Source: Polynucleobacter meluiroseus (GTDB taxonomy: Bacteria; Pseudomonadota; Gammaproteobacteria; Burkholderiales; Burkholderiaceae). Taken from it: a stretch of DNA of 64,000 nucleotides. The stretch covers positions 11,923-75,922 of the forward strand of contig CAMDUR010000005.1 in the NCBI GenBank assembly GCA_945879115.1. Direction: 5' to 3'. A model generated the notes under the pieces. The model had not been told where the DNA came from and ran no database searches. It saw nothing but the letters and a program-made list of their open reading frames with translations. This document shows, piece after piece, positions 40,333 to 48,836 of the stretch (positions are counted from its first letter, which is position 1; each line of letters starts with the position of its first letter). Both the position numbers and the translations under genes were made by a program.

Positions 40333-41064
40333 TTAGTTTAGCCAGTAACTTAAAACATTCTTATTAAAACGCCATTCTGGATTTTTTGCTGAGCACTGTT
40401 TCTTAATATGAGCCAAAAATTCCTCTCTTGGGATAGCTTTGCCACCCAGTGAGGTCAGATGGTCTGTTTCTTGTTGGCAATCAATCATTTCAATATCTTG
40501 GTCAATGCACCATGCACAAAGGCAGGCCAGGGCAACTTTAGAGGCATTAACGCTTTTTGAGAACATGGATTCACCATAAACCATTTTGCCGATATTGACA
40601 CAGTAAAGTCCACCAACTCGCTGCCCTTGATGAAATATTTCTACACTATGAGCATAGCCCTGTTCAAAAAGAGACCCATAGGCATGCATGATCGCGTGAG
40701 TAATCCAAGTCCCATCTTGACCGTATCTTGACTGGGTTGCACAAGATAGGATCGTCTCATGAAAATTCTCATCGACTTTAATTTCCCAATCTCGATCCAC
40801 AAGAATGTTCTTGATATCTTTTTTAAGACTTTTACTTATTTTGAGATTTTTAGGCTTTAAAACCATTCGAGGGTTGGGTGACCACCATAAGATCGGTTGA
40901 CCATCTGAGTACCATGGAAAAATACCTTGACCATACGCTCTCAATAATTGCTCAGAACTGATATCTTCACTGATTGCAATCAGACCAGGGACTTCTGGAT
41001 CAGGATTGAACGCATTGCTTGGTACTGGAAATGCCTCATCAGTGTTTAGCCATGGAACACTCAT
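40333..41064 (-). CDS. aat: leucyl/phenylalanyl-tRNA-protein transferase
   Basis: Motifs [17 protein letters not shown] and GESMFS. Confidence 0.9.
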   Translation of the reverse strand: MSVPWLNTDEAFPVPSNAFNPDPEVPGLIAISEDISSEQLLRAYGQGIFPWYSDGQPILWWSPNPRMVLKPKNLKISKSLKKDIKNILVDRDWEIKVDENFHETILSCATQSRYGQDGTWITHAIMHAYGSLFEQGYAHSVEIFHQGQRVGGLYCVNIGKMVYGESMFSKSVNASKVALACLCAWCIDQDIEMIDCQQETDHLTSLGGKAIPREEFLAHIKKQCSAKNPEWRFNKNVLSYWLN

Positions 41065-41642
41065 TAGCTTTTATATGTTCTATCGACGCGCTCCTCATCG
41101 CCAATATCATGGAGATGAGTTGCTAAAAGATGAGTATTAACTAGTAGGCCATTAGCCCGATCAGCAAAAAACCAGTCTAAAGTTTTAGTCACAGTTGTAA
41201 AAGCAATTTCGTCCCACGGGATTTCAGATTCTGAAAATAAACGTACTTCTAAACTTTCTATGCCAACACTAAAAATTGGCTCATGCATTTTTGCTAAATA
41301 AAACAAATGTACTTGTTCAGCATGTATGACATTCAACAAAGAAAAAAGAGGGCCGACTTCTACAATAGCTCCAGCTTCCTCGAAGGTTTCTCGTTCTGCT
41401 CCTGCTTGAGTACTTTCATTAATCTCTAAAAAACCTGCAGGGAGTGTCCAAAAACCTAATCGAGGCTCAATGGCTCTCTTGCATAACAAAACTTTATCTT
41501 CCCAAACAGGAATGGTGCCCACCACATTTCTTGGATTTTCATAATGTATGGTTTGGCAACTATTGCAAATGTGACGAGATCTAGTATCTCCGTCAGGTAT
41601 TTGCAAACTTACTGGTGATCCGCATTTTGGACAAAAGTTCAT
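41064..41642 (-). CDS. Nudix hydrolase with N-terminal zinc ribbon
   Basis: CPKCG...CNSC zinc ribbon. Nudix box GFLEINESTQAGAERETFEEAGA. TAATG overlap with aat. Confidence 0.85.
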   Translation of the reverse strand: MNFCPKCGSPVSLQIPDGDTRSRHICNSCQTIHYENPRNVVGTIPVWEDKVLLCKRAIEPRLGFWTLPAGFLEINESTQAGAERETFEEAGAIVEVGPLFSLLNVIHAEQVHLFYLAKMHEPIFSVGIESLEVRLFSESEIPWDEIAFTTVTKTLDWFFADRANGLLVNTHLLATHLHDIGDEERVDRTYKS

Positions 41643-41651
41643 GTTTTAAGC

Positions 41652-43520
41652 TTAATAGTCAGCTGGGTTAGCTGGATTAACTGAAATGATGCCACGTAAG
41701 GCGTTACAAAAAATAATTTCTTCGGCAGACAACACGTCCCCCGGCTTTATATTGATCTCAATGGCCTTCCATAATGGATCCTTCAAGATTAAAGATCTCA
41801 TCACACCTGGCAAACAACCAGCATCAATAGGGGGTGTTTGCCATTGTCCATTTTTTTTAATAAAAAGGTTAGAGCGTCCACCTTCGGTCACATAACCTAA
41901 TTCATTTACAAATAAGGCATCAAATGACCCTTTCTGCTCTGCCTTCTTCCAGGCCTGGTCATAAATAGCTCTCTCGCATACCTTATGTTTAAACCATGGA
42001 TTTTTTGAGTTGCTAGTAACGTCATGATCAAATAAATCTTGAGCCCAAAGTAGTTGAATTGTTGCGGGTAGAGGATTTATGGGATGTACGGCAACTGATA
42101 GTTGACCTTGAGAACTTAGCTCTAATCGCATTCGATGAATCAGTTTCGAGTCATTTAAGCTTTCACAGGCACCATGCACTAAATCAAGCGCTTTATTACG
42201 ATCAAATGGAATGCCCAGAGTCGCAGATGATTGTTCTAATCTATCAAGATGATCTTCAAGATGGCAAGCTTGAGCATGCTCTATTCGAATAGTCTCAAAT
42301 ACGCCTGGAGTAGATTGAAGCTGATATAAAAAATTAGCTTTGGTTTGGCACTCATGCCATTCGCTTTCAGCGTCAGAGTCAATAGTGATACCACCACCAA
42401 CACCCATCGTGAATTGACGATCTTGATTGACCTCAAGAGTTCGAATCACCACACTCATCCCAATATTACCTAGGTGGGAAGATTCTGTGACTTCACCAAT
42501 AGGGTTTTCAATCTCAACTACAGGATCAAACCAAGCAATTGAGCCGCAATAAAGATTTCTGGGTTGATCCTCTAATTCTTGAATGATCTCCATAGTTCTT
42601 TTTTTCGGAGCGCCTGTGATCGAGCCGCAAGGAAAGATCGCACTGAGCAATTCTTTTAGGCTAAGATCATCTTTAGCAGTTGATTCAATCGTCGACGTCA
42701 TTTGCAAAACATCGCCATGCTGATCAACCTGAAATAAATGCGGTACTTTGACAGATCCCGCTATAGAAATCTTACTGAAATCATTTCTCAGCAAATCAAC
42801 AATCATCAGATTCTCTGCGCGATTCTTGGGGTCAGCGCTTAGAGAGGCAGAGCTCATTTCTCCTACTTTACCCGTGCCTTTCATAGGCTTAGTGATCAAG
42901 CGCTGTCCTTGCTTACTTAAAAACCATTCAGGAGAGCAAGATAAAACCCAGCCATCAGAGTGCTCAATATATGCTCCAAAAGGTCCAGGTTGCTTATCTC
43001 TTAAATGTTGATAAAGGGATATTGGTTCGCCAGTAATGGCACCATTAATTCGATAAGTAAAATTAACTTGATAGGTGTCACCATTTCTGATCAGCTCTTG
43101 TATCGTTTTAATCTTATTGGTGAACGTAGCCTGGGTCATACTTGGCATCAAAGCCTGATCAATTTTCGCAATTTGATTTTTTTTTGACTCAAGAAGATGC
43201 TTTTGAAGCCATTGATCAGCTTGACCTTTACTGAGTTTGGTAACCCTATCAAAAACCCAAGCTCTAATCCAGGGGGTTGATGATGGACGAGGGTGGATGC
43301 CAACGAAGTGTTCGCCTAATTCATAGCTTAGGCAACTGACTACATATTTTTTCTGAGTAATTGCTGCCTCAATTTGCAATAGAGCAAGGTCTAATTCTTC
43401 TGCAGAATGAGTCTCTATATATTGAATCGGATGCTGGTAGAGACGACTAGTTGGATTATCTATTGCGCTATGAGCATCATCTAAAAGAATGCTACAAGAT
43501 AGATGCTCAGAGCGTGACAT
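41652..43520 (-). CDS. pabB: fused aminodeoxychorismate synthase component I / aminodeoxychorismate lyase (PabB-PabC)
   Basis: 622 aa. N-terminal chorismate-binding enzyme (FPCGSITGAPKKRTMEII, GVGGGITIDSD) and C-terminal class IV aminotransferase fold (FETIR, TEGGRSNLF, LPGVMR). Confidence 0.85.
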   Translation of the reverse strand: MSRSEHLSCSILLDDAHSAIDNPTSRLYQHPIQYIETHSAEELDLALLQIEAAITQKKYVVSCLSYELGEHFVGIHPRPSSTPWIRAWVFDRVTKLSKGQADQWLQKHLLESKKNQIAKIDQALMPSMTQATFTNKIKTIQELIRNGDTYQVNFTYRINGAITGEPISLYQHLRDKQPGPFGAYIEHSDGWVLSCSPEWFLSKQGQRLITKPMKGTGKVGEMSSASLSADPKNRAENLMIVDLLRNDFSKISIAGSVKVPHLFQVDQHGDVLQMTSTIESTAKDDLSLKELLSAIFPCGSITGAPKKRTMEIIQELEDQPRNLYCGSIAWFDPVVEIENPIGEVTESSHLGNIGMSVVIRTLEVNQDRQFTMGVGGGITIDSDAESEWHECQTKANFLYQLQSTPGVFETIRIEHAQACHLEDHLDRLEQSSATLGIPFDRNKALDLVHGACESLNDSKLIHRMRLELSSQGQLSVAVHPINPLPATIQLLWAQDLFDHDVTSNSKNPWFKHKVCERAIYDQAWKKAEQKGSFDALFVNELGYVTEGGRSNLFIKKNGQWQTPPIDAGCLPGVMRSLILKDPLWKAIEINIKPGDVLSAEEIIFCNALRGIISVNPANPADY

Positions 43521-43522
43521 AC

Positions 43523-44074
43523 TTACTTACTGATTAAAGTTGCACTATTAATAACGATAGTTTGAACCGGCACATCTGAGAAAGGTCCTTTTCTGGTTGT
43601 AACAGTTTTCTTAATCTTATCGATTGTTTCGGTACCTTTAACAACCATACCAAAGACAGCATAGCCATGACCATCTGGTCTTGGATAGTCCAAATTTTTA
43701 TTGTTTGTCACATTAACGAAGAATTGAGCTGTTGCTGAATTAGGATCATTCGTGCGAGCCATAGCAATTGAGTAGTTCACATTACTTAAGCCATTATTTG
43801 ATTCAAGAGGGATAGGGGCGTTGGTAGGCTTTTGCTCCATATCTTTGGTAAATCCACCACCTTGGACCATAAAGTTATTAATCACACGATGGAAGATAGT
43901 GTTGTTATAAAAACCACTTTTTACATAGCCTAAAAAGTTCTCAACCGTTTTTGGGGATTTCTCTGGGTTGAGTTCAACTGTAAAGTCTCCGGCTGTTGTT
44001 TTAAATTCAACCATAGGGCCGGCATAAGTGAGGGTAGAAGCGCTGAGTAAAAGGGCTAAGATAATTTTTTTCAT
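43523..44074 (-). CDS. ppiA: periplasmic cyclophilin-type peptidyl-prolyl isomerase
   Basis: Signal peptide MKKIILALLLSASTLTYA and cyclophilin block FHRVINNFMVQGGGF. ATG 44074 has RBS GGAG upstream and is preferred over TTG 44113. Confidence 0.9.
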   Translation of the reverse strand: MKKIILALLLSASTLTYAGPMVEFKTTAGDFTVELNPEKSPKTVENFLGYVKSGFYNNTIFHRVINNFMVQGGGFTKDMEQKPTNAPIPLESNNGLSNVNYSIAMARTNDPNSATAQFFVNVTNNKNLDYPRPDGHGYAVFGMVVKGTETIDKIKKTVTTRKGPFSDVPVQTIVINSATLISK

Positions 44075-44216
44075 ATGGCTTACTCCGTTAGTCTTAAAGC
44101 GCAAGTATGCCAAATAATCAAATAAAAGGTTAAAAAGCCCCTTAAAACCTTTTGGAACATAACTACTTATGGTTTTTCCCTTGTTATGTCCTGTCTTGGA
44201 TCCTTAGTTGATTGGA

Positions 44217-45230
44217 TTAGCTAATTCCAGCGCAAGTTAAACCAATTTCCGCTAAGAGCCCAGATTTTTTCCCATTTTCAGCAGCATCAGTTGCACTTGC
44301 ATTGCCATCAGCAGCGCGCTGAGCAACCCCATGAAGGATGGCTGCTATTCGGAAAAAATTGTATGCCATATAAAAATCCCAATCAGCTTCAACTTTTCTT
44401 CCAGTATTAGATTCATACATTTTTATGTAATCTTCTTCAGAAGGTATACCTAATGTAACTAAATCTAATCCATTTATTCCGCGCCATAAAGAAGGTGGGA
44501 TACGCCAAGACATACATTGATAAGAAAAATCAGCAATAGGGTGTCCAAGAGTAGAGAGCTCCCAATCTAAAACGCCAATCACTTTATTTTCATGATGATC
44601 AAAAATCATATTATCAAGACGAAAGTCACCGTGAACTAAGGTTGTTTCATCATCAACTGGAATATTTAGGGGAAGCCAATCCATTAACTTGCTGAGTGCT
44701 ACAGGAATGGGAATTTTAGATTCTTGAACTTGACGTGACCATCTACCGACTTGTCGTGAAAAATAATTGCCAGGCTTGCCAAAACTTTCAAGACCAACCC
44801 CCTTGTAGTCAATATCGTGAATTACTGACAAGACTCTATTCATCTCAGCATAAATGGCTATTCGATCTTCTTTTCTTAGGCCTGGAAGGGATTGGTCAGT
44901 AAAGTTTCGGCCATCCACATATGACATAAGAAAAAAAGGGGTTCCAACGATTGATTCATCTTCACAATAGGCCAGCATGCTCGGTACTGGAACATGAGTA
45001 TTCGATAGCGCTGACATGACGCGATGTTCTCTGTCAATAGCGTGCGCTGACGGCATTAATTTGCCAGCAGGTTTCTTTCGCAGGACAAATTGATTTTCTC
45101 CACCACTGACTTTAAAAGTTGGATTTGACTGCCCACCTACCAAAGTCTCTATTTTAAGTGGACCACTTGTTAGTCCAACAACATGCTCCATGTAATTGGT
45201 CAGTGCTGGTAAATCTAGAAGTTTATTCAT
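44217..45230 (-). CDS. aminoglycoside-phosphotransferase-fold kinase (ACAD10/11 N-domain-like)
   Basis: 337 aa with motifs GGQSNPTF, the Brenner-type HGDFRLDN, and LDWELSTLGHP. Confidence 0.8.
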   Translation of the reverse strand: MNKLLDLPALTNYMEHVVGLTSGPLKIETLVGGQSNPTFKVSGGENQFVLRKKPAGKLMPSAHAIDREHRVMSALSNTHVPVPSMLAYCEDESIVGTPFFLMSYVDGRNFTDQSLPGLRKEDRIAIYAEMNRVLSVIHDIDYKGVGLESFGKPGNYFSRQVGRWSRQVQESKIPIPVALSKLMDWLPLNIPVDDETTLVHGDFRLDNMIFDHHENKVIGVLDWELSTLGHPIADFSYQCMSWRIPPSLWRGINGLDLVTLGIPSEEDYIKMYESNTGRKVEADWDFYMAYNFFRIAAILHGVAQRAADGNASATDAAENGKKSGLLAEIGLTCAGIS

Positions 45231-45237
45231 GGAATGT

Positions 45238-46014
45238 CTAAAGCGAGCTAACTAAGTGGCCACCGTCTATGGCAATCGTGCTGCCAGACATTGCCTTACC
45301 AGACTCCGAGGCTAACAACATAATTGGCCCGTCTAAATCGCTTAACTCACTGAATCTGCGACTAGGAATACGCATTCTGAGCTTTTCACCAAACTCGCTG
45401 TTCAAAAAGTCACGATTTAAATCGGTGACAACATATCCAGGCAATATGGCATTGACTCGTATTTGATATCGCGCCAATTCAAGCGCCATTGTTTTGGTTA
45501 ATTGTATGACCCCTGCTTTTGAAATGGCGTATGGAGCAACACCACTGATTTGTCGCTCACCTAAAATAGAGGCTATATTGATTATTGAACCTCCTTGCTT
45601 AGCAGCTACCATTCGGCGCGCGGCTTCAGTTGCAACCAACCATACGCCTTTCAAGTTAGTGTCAATAACATGATTCCAATCAGCTTCACTTTGCTCCAAT
45701 AGAGGTTTGCTAACTGAGACTCCTGCATTATTAATGAGTATGTTGGGTGTGCCGATAGTAGCAACAGCATCGAAGAATGATTTCACGCTATCAGAGCTAG
45801 TTACGTCTAATTCAAACGCATGCGCTTTGCCTCCACGCTGCTTAATTTCAGTAACTATTTTTTGAAGTTGCTCGATTCGTCTTGAGGCTAAAACAACATG
45901 AGCACCTCTACTCGCTAAAACTGAGCTACAGTGGCTGCCGATCCCACTAGATGATCCAGTGATAACTGCCAGGGACCCATCTAAACGAAAGTGGTCATTC
46001 GGCAAGTTACTCAT
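45238..46014 (-). CDS. short-chain dehydrogenase/reductase (classical SDR)
   Basis: Motifs TGSSSGIG, NNAG, and the catalytic S...YAISK. Confidence 0.88.
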   Translation of the reverse strand: MSNLPNDHFRLDGSLAVITGSSSGIGSHCSSVLASRGAHVVLASRRIEQLQKIVTEIKQRGGKAHAFELDVTSSDSVKSFFDAVATIGTPNILINNAGVSVSKPLLEQSEADWNHVIDTNLKGVWLVATEAARRMVAAKQGGSIINIASILGERQISGVAPYAISKAGVIQLTKTMALELARYQIRVNAILPGYVVTDLNRDFLNSEFGEKLRMRIPSRRFSELSDLDGPIMLLASESGKAMSGSTIAIDGGHLVSSL

Positions 46015-47174
46015 AATTTTTTATCTAGTATTTTTCTAGCCATACTCCAACGATGAACTTCGCTGGGACCATCATAAATTCTGAAGCCACGCATATCCAT
46101 AAAAATCCGCATGACTGCAGTCTCTCCGGTCACGCCTTGGCCTCCTAAAATTTGTACACACCTATCAACTACCCGCCATTCTGCCTCTGAGCAAATAATT
46201 TTTGCACGACTTGATTCATAGTTACATTTATTTCCTTGATCTAGCAGCCAGGCAGTATGCAGAATATGAAGGCGAGATGTTTGTAGATCCATATCGTTGT
46301 CAGCTAGCATAAATCCTATGCCTTCATGATCGCCTAAGCGCTGTCCAAATGCTTGCCTCTCTCGTGCGTAGGTCAGTGCAATATCGTGCGCTCGGCGGGC
46401 CTGACCTAGCCATCTCATGCAATGGGTGAGACGCGCTGGGGCAAGGCGAATTTGCGCATACTTAAAACCCTGTCCAAGTTCACCTAAAATATGATCAGCT
46501 GGAACTCTCACTTGATTGAAGTGCAACACGGCATGCCCACCAGAGAAACACTGATCCATAGCGTTCATATTTCGCTCGACCTCAATACCTGGGGTATCCA
46601 TATCTGCCAAGAACATCGTTGCTTGACCATCCTCAGTCCGGGCCATGATGATGACGTAGTCAGCACCTTCAGCGCCAGTAATGAACCATTTTCGACCAGT
46701 TATTAGATAGTCATTACCATCTTTGATAGCTAAGGTCATCAGCATCGATGGATCAGAACCAGCGCCAGGTGCGGGCTCTGTCATTGCAAAGCAAGAGCGT
46801 AATTTTCCTTGTATCTGAGGAATGAGCCAGCGTTCTTTTTGGGCCTGGGTTGCAACGTGTTCCATGAGGTGAATATTGCCTTCATCGGGGGCATGAATAT
46901 TCATGGCAATGGGACCTAATCTTGAGTAGCCTGCTTCTTCAAAAACAATGGCTTTCTCAACGTGACTAAGTCCAAGACCCCCATATTTTTTGGATGCATG
47001 AGGTGTCAACAATCCTGCTTTCTTAGCTAACGCATTAAGCTCTTGCCGAAGCTCTTGTGTTGGGCCATGCGAGGTTTCTCGAATGTCGCCTTCAAAAGGA
47101 ATGACCTTTTTGAGGATAAATTGACGAGTTTGCTCTTGGAGATTAATTAACTCTGGAGTGAGAGAAAAATTCAT
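46011..47174 (-). CDS. acyl-CoA dehydrogenase family protein (ACAD10/11-like C-domain)
   Basis: 387 aa with motifs CFAMTEPAPGAGSDPS and KWFITGA, and C-terminal RIYDGPSEVHRWSMAR. ATGA overlap with the SDR start. Confidence 0.85.
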   Translation of the reverse strand: MNFSLTPELINLQEQTRQFILKKVIPFEGDIRETSHGPTQELRQELNALAKKAGLLTPHASKKYGGLGLSHVEKAIVFEEAGYSRLGPIAMNIHAPDEGNIHLMEHVATQAQKERWLIPQIQGKLRSCFAMTEPAPGAGSDPSMLMTLAIKDGNDYLITGRKWFITGAEGADYVIIMARTEDGQATMFLADMDTPGIEVERNMNAMDQCFSGGHAVLHFNQVRVPADHILGELGQGFKYAQIRLAPARLTHCMRWLGQARRAHDIALTYARERQAFGQRLGDHEGIGFMLADNDMDLQTSRLHILHTAWLLDQGNKCNYESSRAKIICSEAEWRVVDRCVQILGGQGVTGETAVMRIFMDMRGFRIYDGPSEVHRWSMARKILDKKL

Positions 47175-47315
47175 ATTTCATTGTTATAGCAGTTATTTAT
47201 TCAAATTTCATCAAGATTAGGCTCATAAGGCATATAAATATAAGGGTTTTCGCTATAGAGATAATTAAATTTGTTCGGCTATTATGAATTGTTAATTTTG
47301 TTAGGAATTTAGATT

Positions 47316-48089
47316 GTGATTGTTAATGATTGCATTTTGGAAACTGAGAATCTGTCTAAATCATTTGGCGGATTTGCGGCGGTGAGCAACGTCAATCTTC
47401 AGGTCAAGCGAGGAACTATTCATGCCTTAATTGGACCTAATGGTGCAGGTAAGACTACTTGTTTTAATTTACTGACAAAATTTTTAGAGCCCACTCAGGG
47501 CAGCATTAAATTTAACGACCTTGATATCACCAAAGAAAAACCAGCGCAAATTGCCAAGCGCGGAATTATTCGTTCATTTCAAATATCAGCAGTATTTCCT
47601 TATATGACAGCTCTTGAAAATGTGCGAATTGGACTTCAACAAGAATTAGGCACGTCTCTATTTTTTTGGAAAAGCGAAAAATCCTTGGATGTTCTTAACA
47701 GTAGGGCGTTTGAAGCATTGAAGCAAGTTGGTCTCGATGAGTATGCTGATGAATTAGCTGTGAATTTACCTTATGGGCGCAAGCGAGCGCTTGAAATTGC
47801 AGCAACTGTAGCCATGAATCCTGAGTTAATGTTGCTCGATGAACCAACACAGGGCATGGGTCATGAGGATGTAGGCATGGTGACAGATCTAATCAAACGA
47901 GTTTCAGTTGGTAGAACTGTATTAATGGTTGAACACAATATGAAAGTTGTTGCGAATATTGCAACAACTATCTCTGTATTGCAGCGAGGTGAAATTATTG
48001 CTGAAGGTCCCTATGAAGTGGTATCTAAAAACCCACAAGTAATGGAGGCCTACATGGGCACTGCCGATACTGAATTACAAGGGCATTGA
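47316..48089 (+). CDS. livG: branched-chain-amino-acid-type ABC transporter ATP-binding protein (LivG-like)
   Basis: Walker A GPNGAGKTT and Walker B LMLLDEP, with a LivG-type C-terminal extension. GTG start. Confidence 0.85.
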   Translation: MIVNDCILETENLSKSFGGFAAVSNVNLQVKRGTIHALIGPNGAGKTTCFNLLTKFLEPTQGSIKFNDLDITKEKPAQIAKRGIIRSFQISAVFPYMTALENVRIGLQQELGTSLFFWKSEKSLDVLNSRAFEALKQVGLDEYADELAVNLPYGRKRALEIAATVAMNPELMLLDEPTQGMGHEDVGMVTDLIKRVSVGRTVLMVEHNMKVVANIATTISVLQRGEIIAEGPYEVVSKNPQVMEAYMGTADTELQGH

Positions 48090-48095
48090 TCAGCT

Positions 48096-48803
48096 ATGTC
48101 TCCACCAGCCCTTGAAATTGAAAATTTAAATGCATGGTACGGCGAATCGCACGTCCTTCATGGAATAAATTTAACCGTTGAAAAAGGTGAAGTTGTTTGT
48201 TTTTTAGGGCGCAATGGTGCTGGAAGAACAACGACTCTTAGATCAATCTTAGGTCTGGTAAGCAATCGTACCGGTTCAATCAAAGTCAACGGACATGAAG
48301 TTATTGGCATGCCAACTTATAAAGTGGCTAATTTGGGTATAGGCTATTGCCCAGAAGAGCGCGGCATATTTACAAGTCTTACTTGTGAGCAAAATTTTTT
48401 ATTGCCACCCAAAGTGGGTGAGGGTATGGCCATGTCGGTAGATGAGATCTATCAGATGTTTCCTAATTTGTATGAGCGACGGTCGAGTCCGGGAGGCAAA
48501 CTTTCTGGTGGTGAGCAACAAATGTTAGCAATAGCTCGAATTTTACGAACGGGTGCCAATTTACTGTTGCTTGATGAAATTACTGAAGGACTTGCACCTG
48601 TGATTGTGCAAAAGTTAGCTGAGGTAGTGCAAGCTCTTAAAGAGCGAGGTTTCACGATTGTGTTGGTAGAGCAGAATTTTCGTTTTGCCTCAAAACTGGC
48701 TGACAAAAATTATGTCATCGAGCATGGACAAGTTGTAAAAGTGGTTGAAAGAAATCAACTTGAAGCAAGTCAGGAAGAGCTTAAAAAATTATTAGGTGTT
48801 TAA
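48096..48803 (+). CDS. livF: branched-chain-amino-acid-type ABC transporter ATP-binding protein (LivF-like)
   Basis: Walker A GRNGAGRTT, ABC signature LSGGEQQMLAIAR and Walker B LLLLDE. Confidence 0.85.
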   Translation: MSPPALEIENLNAWYGESHVLHGINLTVEKGEVVCFLGRNGAGRTTTLRSILGLVSNRTGSIKVNGHEVIGMPTYKVANLGIGYCPEERGIFTSLTCEQNFLLPPKVGEGMAMSVDEIYQMFPNLYERRSSPGGKLSGGEQQMLAIARILRTGANLLLLDEITEGLAPVIVQKLAEVVQALKERGFTIVLVEQNFRFASKLADKNYVIEHGQVVKVVERNQLEASQEELKKLLGV

Positions 48804-48836
48804 TTTATACAAATGTGTTCAAAAGGAGAAGTTCAA

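Noticed and set aside
44114-44216. Possible terminator or small ORF between the kinase gene and ppiA
   Set aside because: The only hairpin (AAAAGGTT/AACCTTTT, 14-nt loop) has two G:C pairs. The only ORF is 14 codons long and lacks an RBS.
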